Shown: piece by piece, positions 60,701 to 64,000 of the stretch
Position numbering within the stretch: position 1 is the stretch's first letter
How the letters are laid out: each line of letters begins with the position of its first letter
From: a virus
Taxonomy: Duplodnaviria; Caudoviricetes
Strand: one strand, 5' to 3'
IMG/VR virus record: IMGVR_UViG_3300028886_000028
Coordinates: 96,001 to 160,000 of that record
Length of the DNA: 64,000 nt
Program-made: the position numbers and the translations under genes
The notes under the pieces: generated by a model
Seen by the model: the letters and a program-made list of their open reading frames with translations, nothing else
Databases searched by the model: none
Told to the model about the DNA's origin: nothing

Positions 60701-62053
60701 ATTAAATGCGTAAACACTATTCAAGATTTGCTTTCAAATCCATCGTTAGCAGATAAAAGTGGAGATATATGCCAAGTAACAGATTTATCAGGAAGATTTG
60801 CAGTTATTGATGGTTTCGTATACCCACTGTTATCAGAAATAACAGAAAGCGAAGGAAGTGGAAATACATTCTTTTACGCAACAGTGCATAATAATTCGTT
60901 GTCAGTAGGAAATGCTTTGTTTACAGACTATGTTATAATCAGCAATCCTTATTTCCCTAATAATAAACAAAAAATTGATTTAACAAACGATTATTATTCA
61001 GACAGGGAAATTAAAATATATATACTTGAAAAAACTGATGAAGAAGAAAACGAAGAAACAGTAACAAATGAAAATGAAGAAGAACAAGAAACAGAAAAAA
61101 TAAAATATGATATTGATGTGTATTCTAAAAATATTTCAATAAGCACATTTACTGTTTTTGAAAATGGAAAATATATGGATGGCGATAATTATACCAACTA
61201 TTTCAGAATTAATAACGTAGATTTTTATAATGAATTAAGCGTTTTAGGCTGGCAACAACTGAAAGATGATGAATATGAATATTATAGAATGAATACATTA
61301 ACTGATTATAGAGAAGGTAATAATCCGCACACCGGCCATATGTCATATGATAATGGACATAAATATTTGACATATTTTCAAAGAATTTTTAAATATGTAA
61401 GCGATAATGATTTAATAGATTATAGGCAATATGACGAAAATGACCTAGAATATATTGATGATATGAACTCTTTCGGATTTAAAAACCTTATTGATGAAGA
61501 TGATTGTGAACCAGATTATGATAAATTCTTAAGAGAAGATAATAAATGCCACTTCTTTGGAACTATAATGTCTAAAATTAATGATGAATGCAATGATGAT
61601 AGAAAAGGCTTATCTTGTTTTGCTAAAAGAGAACTTGCAAATTCAGAAAAATATGAAAAAATAGATGATAAATGCGTAGAAAAACCAGACTCATATAAGA
61701 TTAGTGACATATTTAGAAAAAATGTAATATTAGACAATGAAGGAACTCCAAAAATTGAAAACCTTAAATATGGCGAAATATACAGCGGTTTAGGAGAGTC
61801 TATAGAAGAAGAGGTAAGCAAAGATAAAATAGATAACATTACAGACCAAATCGTTAATACAAAAAGAATGGAAATAGAATTTTTCATTCATAACGGTAAA
61901 GAATATTCAAAAGAATGGCTGGAAGAAGTTAAATATATTGATTCTGTAATATTGCCTTATTTAACTCAAATTATTCCTTCTTCAGTAATTTGGAGAGTTA
62001 AATACACAACAAGAGATAAAGAAGGTTGGAATAAACAAGAAAAAGAATGTTGA
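57758..62053 (+). CDS. Baseplate wedge protein (gp7 / P2 gpI-like motif)
   Basis: 'IWKHKGTIEGIEMLLSIFG' and C-terminal 'YLTQIIPSS' fit the gpI/gp7 pattern. Confidence 0.65.
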   Translation: MAKKYIKSHSNYVLKTKHQQTNDGIIYERDITTIGGRDQFAKGQVPIYRTGNFVITTNNDSNTYKKVTERDWHRSDEGEIWTINTLKGFEKDEKSSYDKKIVIKKDYLDLRDYAYYGSCSELMRVSIEDILKNYPGELFIPYETIYTGTTTVDEQSITGVQYTEEAAEAAFDSYASVNTGIKGYYTSLEERKSRVVTDSCGNDMIINSVSLIDPLTDEEKEELKQGIPYTREFKYITDKNGNIVEEKSLSLIDNPFEINIHDRSIQDKDNPLKYFANGGIDNYVGYLKLDENDEISIDGEWKMDSKHEYAISIEDITLDGLGEQTQDTEIFDYEDLRPTIQCNDGSYIVSDGKIHIYASRSKKTTNSCLQTCIDPGKYIGKVKLCFRKIDYSFKTTPGLKRDDDGNPMEMCCNGSLSFPPGGGEGKFPSYNGGFDTQIDSYSTSECKYELTIYMFMGNNNEIKYLVENADSNGEFKWENFVARIRPNKKVINEYFDKLDLFEKVLLNRDTDPIYTANFELINDDDYGAYTYTKQFTFPTTYGGWNLGSNNQAFAEYVSSLSDIGEYYDSKFTDNLWRSMTHESIKNFDWTYTRHYTPGEEEPFIEGGNKIKKTIRIYGREFDEVKSYIDAIDDLNTVTYDNINNIPDYFFTDKLEESGWDVTLVYPLELSEFVNGHDNVPIDIHQLFENKYDEDGNEITTEDAEKLNYFYDTKDENKNKITIQRVFNQKNTHVFPYSISNISSDDTGNTGTYENDCGETIKIYSDENDYSSAKVNNEFIKRLYLNSKEIWKHKGTIEGIEMLLSIFGLRSKSRIYTDEKYFVTKKDEEGGDCLSLTENGEKYYKNYEDKLYNLYDYDVKEYTLFTTREEDEWLPTKNMYKLDWVNSTKLVTYANDNGTYESYKGLPVSYRETKDLNENKIRYIYPHFNSYVAYDGNPYYQMDGGWMQKKPFMFDSKNNIVVEDSEAENRKNKSLFTETIKNIKCVNTIQDLLSNPSLADKSGDICQVTDLSGRFAVIDGFVYPLLSEITESEGSGNTFFYATVHNNSLSVGNALFTDYVIISNPYFPNNKQKIDLTNDYYSDREIKIYILEKTDEEENEETVTNENEEEQETEKIKYDIDVYSKNISISTFTVFENGKYMDGDNYTNYFRINNVDFYNELSVLGWQQLKDDEYEYYRMNTLTDYREGNNPHTGHMSYDNGHKYLTYFQRIFKYVSDNDLIDYRQYDENDLEYIDDMNSFGFKNLIDEDDCEPDYDKFLREDNKCHFFGTIMSKINDECNDDRKGLSCFAKRELANSEKYEKIDDKCVEKPDSYKISDIFRKNVILDNEGTPKIENLKYGEIYSGLGESIEEEVSKDKIDNITDQIVNTKRMEIEFFIHNGKEYSKEWLEEVKYIDSVILPYLTQIIPSSVIWRVKYTTRDKEGWNKQEKEC

Positions 62054-62059
62054 TTAAAC

Positions 62060-63007
62060 ATGGAAACACAAGGATGGAGAGCAATTATATACGATGCTCC
62101 TTGGGCATTTTTTAAATCAGGGCAAACAGGAGTATATGTTTCAGAAGATGGGAAAGCATGCGAAACAATGAATGATGATAAATCAAACATAATAGTTTTC
62201 GCAGACCCTAACATGGGATTTACGGGCAGAGAAAATGGGCATATACTTTTCAGACAAAAAGGAAGCGATTTGTTTGATATTGTATGCTTAAGCCAAGACG
62301 AAGGAGGAACTTATAGTCTTGAAGTTGATAATTTGGAAATAGATGGCTGCGTAGGAGAGCCTTATGAATCATTTATTAGAAGTTTAACAATTCATGAAAT
62401 AATAAATGGAGAAAAAAGGCTTGTAACTAAATATGAAGACAAAAAACAAATGGTTACAAGCCCAACCGCAAACGATGATATAAGTAAAAATAAATTCAAA
62501 AATGACACAGATAGTGACATACCAGTTACTATAACAGTATCACGAGGAAACGCTACAGCCACAGCAACATTAACAATAATGTCAAGTGATAGCCAATCAG
62601 AGCAATATACAGGTACTGATATAGAAGGCGTTGATAATATTACTATAACTAAAAATAAAGATGAAGTCTATACAATTAGCAAAGAATCGGGAAATTTAAA
62701 TGGAGATTGCGAAGGTGGAGAATTAGTTATTAAACTTACAGAAGAACCTGCACAATATTTAATAGATTTAAGCCCCGTACAAATAACAAATAATTATAAT
62801 GTAACAAAATGTGGGGAAATAATAAGCACTACATCTTATACAGATACTATGTCTTTTGAAGTGGAAAATAAAACCGGCGTTGAAGTAGTTGATAACACTT
62901 CCAATACAGTGACAATATCAGTAAAAAGCGGTATAAGTACAGTTAAAATTATAATTACAACTACAAAAGGAATAAAAAAAGAAAAAACATTAACAATACC
63001 TTCTTAA
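62060..63007 (+). CDS. Ig-like / BACON-like beta-rich virion protein
   Basis: 'DPNMGFTGRENGHILFRQ...VCLSQ' BACON-like motif and Thr/Val-rich strands. Confidence 0.5.
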   Translation: METQGWRAIIYDAPWAFFKSGQTGVYVSEDGKACETMNDDKSNIIVFADPNMGFTGRENGHILFRQKGSDLFDIVCLSQDEGGTYSLEVDNLEIDGCVGEPYESFIRSLTIHEIINGEKRLVTKYEDKKQMVTSPTANDDISKNKFKNDTDSDIPVTITVSRGNATATATLTIMSSDSQSEQYTGTDIEGVDNITITKNKDEVYTISKESGNLNGDCEGGELVIKLTEEPAQYLIDLSPVQITNNYNVTKCGEIISTTSYTDTMSFEVENKTGVEVVDNTSNTVTISVKSGISTVKIIITTTKGIKKEKTLTIPS

Positions 63008-63010
63008 AAT

Positions 63011-63535
63011 ATGTATGAATTTAGCGCAATAGTTAAAAACGATTATACGATAGAAATTAAATCTAATACCTACTGGAATTGTAAAGCAGTTGGTAATTTC
63101 AAATTGTCACAATATGATGGAAGTGGAGATACACAAATAGATATTGTAATACCAGAAGATGTGATGATAGCAGAAGGAAATGTGTATTTTTCATATGGCG
63201 ATGAACGATGCGAGTACCCGGTTGTCAGCGTAATGCTATCAAATCTTTGCTATATAACAACAAATCCAAGCTATACAATTTGTGACACAGAAGATGATAA
63301 TGAGGAAAAAGTAATAACATTTTTCTATAAAGAGCCACGAGAAATATTTAATGCATCAATATTCTGCTTCGATGGATGGACAGTAGAAAGTGACGGATTG
63401 AAATATATAACAAATAATAATGATGTTATGATAATTTCAAATGAAGAAGATGGGGAAATTAGAATAATACCAAATAACGAATGCGAAGACACAGATAATG
63501 TAATACATATAAAACTTGTTAAAATGCAGTCCTAA
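63011..63535 (+). CDS. BACON-like beta-rich virion protein
   Basis: 'IEIKSNTYW...SQYDGSGDTQI' BACON-type start. Confidence 0.5.
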   Translation: MYEFSAIVKNDYTIEIKSNTYWNCKAVGNFKLSQYDGSGDTQIDIVIPEDVMIAEGNVYFSYGDERCEYPVVSVMLSNLCYITTNPSYTICDTEDDNEEKVITFFYKEPREIFNASIFCFDGWTVESDGLKYITNNNDVMIISNEEDGEIRIIPNNECEDTDNVIHIKLVKMQS

Positions 63536-63551
63536 AACGGCTGCATTTTTT
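63521..63551 (+). terminator. Terminator closing the baseplate operon
   Basis: AAAATGCAGTC...GGCTGCATTTT hairpin plus T-run. Confidence 0.75.
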
Positions 63552-63561
63552 GTTGTCTTAG

Positions 63562-63570
63562 ATATTTATA
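63562..63570 (+). promoter_or_regulatory. Putative late promoter (ATATTTATA)
   Basis: Recurring motif 21 nt upstream of the ATG at 63592. Confidence 0.65.
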
Positions 63571-63591
63571 AAGAAAGATATTATAAAAATT

Positions 63592-64000
63592 ATGGCAAAA
63601 TATTTAAAATTATTTAGTGCTCATACTGATTATGAAGCTGCTAAAAGTAGTTTAATCCTACCAAATGTATCAATATGCTCTGATGTGCCTGATGAGGTGC
63701 ATTATAATCCACTTAGATGCGAAGAAAGGAGTGTATATGAGGTTGTAGGTATGCCATATTATCCGGCTACTGTTGATGGTGCTGATACATCATTTGACAT
63801 TACCGTCAATTATATAAGAACTGACATTAGCTTGTATTGTCAAGAGACAGTTACAGAAGGTACAGATACTGTAACTGTTGAGATTGGTGTGAATCCAAGT
63901 ACAAGTAATACGAGGACTGTAACGGGTACAGTTGATTATTACGGTAATGAGATTGAGTATAGTGTCACTCAGAGTAAGTTTGAGGCAAAGGTAACAGCTA
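63592..64000 (+). CDS. Partial ORF (not in track): virion surface/adhesin-like protein with BACON-like segment
   Basis: MAKYLKLFSAHTDYEAAKSSLILPNVSICSDVPDEVHYNP...NPSTSNTRTVTGTV...YSVTQSKFEAKVT, open to the window end. Confidence 0.7.
   Translation, partial: MAKYLKLFSAHTDYEAAKSSLILPNVSICSDVPDEVHYNPLRCEERSVYEVVGMPYYPATVDGADTSFDITVNYIRTDISLYCQETVTEGTDTVTVEIGVNPSTSNTRTVTGTVDYYGNEIEYSVTQSKFEAKVTA

Noticed and set aside
610-62214. Numerous short antisense or out-of-frame ORFs in the track (e.g. 1795-2427, 16481-16972, 32884-33198, 61516-61887)
   Set aside because: They lie within or across long, motif-supported genes, have shadow-frame composition, and lack promoters or recognisable motifs.
1-64000. 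Stop-codon reassignment (TAG to Gln as in Lak/crAss-like phages, or TGA recoding)
   Set aside because: ORFs up to 2208 aa are open in code 11 with near-complete coding density. TAG (17267, 29444, 34216) and TGA (15662, 30588, 37371) end genes at sensible boundaries.
1-64000. CRISPR array, tRNA/rRNA genes, DGR or retron
   Set aside because: No regularly spaced repeats, cloverleaf/T-loop sequences or reverse-transcriptase motifs were seen, and intergenic gaps are under 200 bp. Checked by eye only.

Overview
A 64-kb segment of a very AT-rich jumbo myovirus (contractile tail, T4-superfamily-like modules) read in the standard code 11. The host is most likely an anaerobic Bacteroidota such as gut or rumen Prevotella/Bacteroides: there are TTTG-N19-TAnnTTTG host-type promoters, AT-rich leaders without Shine-Dalgarno sites, and class III NrdD/NrdG. 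In order, the window holds: (1) a tail module (frameshifted tail-assembly chaperone, tape measure, tube-like baseplate protein with an OmpA-like insert, LysM wedge, 2208-aa hub with lysozyme and CHAP-like domains); (2) head-associated genes, then SSB, thymidine kinase and RecA/UvsX; (3) a minus-strand late operon (AEP-like, ArdC-like, PARP-like ADP-ribosyltransferase, an unknown protein, a double glycosyltransferase); (4) a neck protein, an 'LTESDL' cargo gene abutting a probable IS1595 transposase remnant, and nucleases; (5) a DnaB-like helicase with a class 3 intein, nrdD-trx-nrdG, and a lipoprotein+papain cassette; (6) a long baseplate/tail-fibre operon. Two promoter classes can be read directly: host-type TATATTTG before replication genes and ATATTTAT(A) before virion genes. 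The best candidate for an undescribed system is a set of unrelated late-expressed proteins sharing an N-terminal (I/L)-x-E leader resembling a capsid-targeting, prohead-protease-cleaved peptide. This suggests a modular 'package-and-inject' effector system, with at least one cargo gene apparently delivered by an IS1595 element. All functional calls come from motif recognition by eye; no database searches were run.
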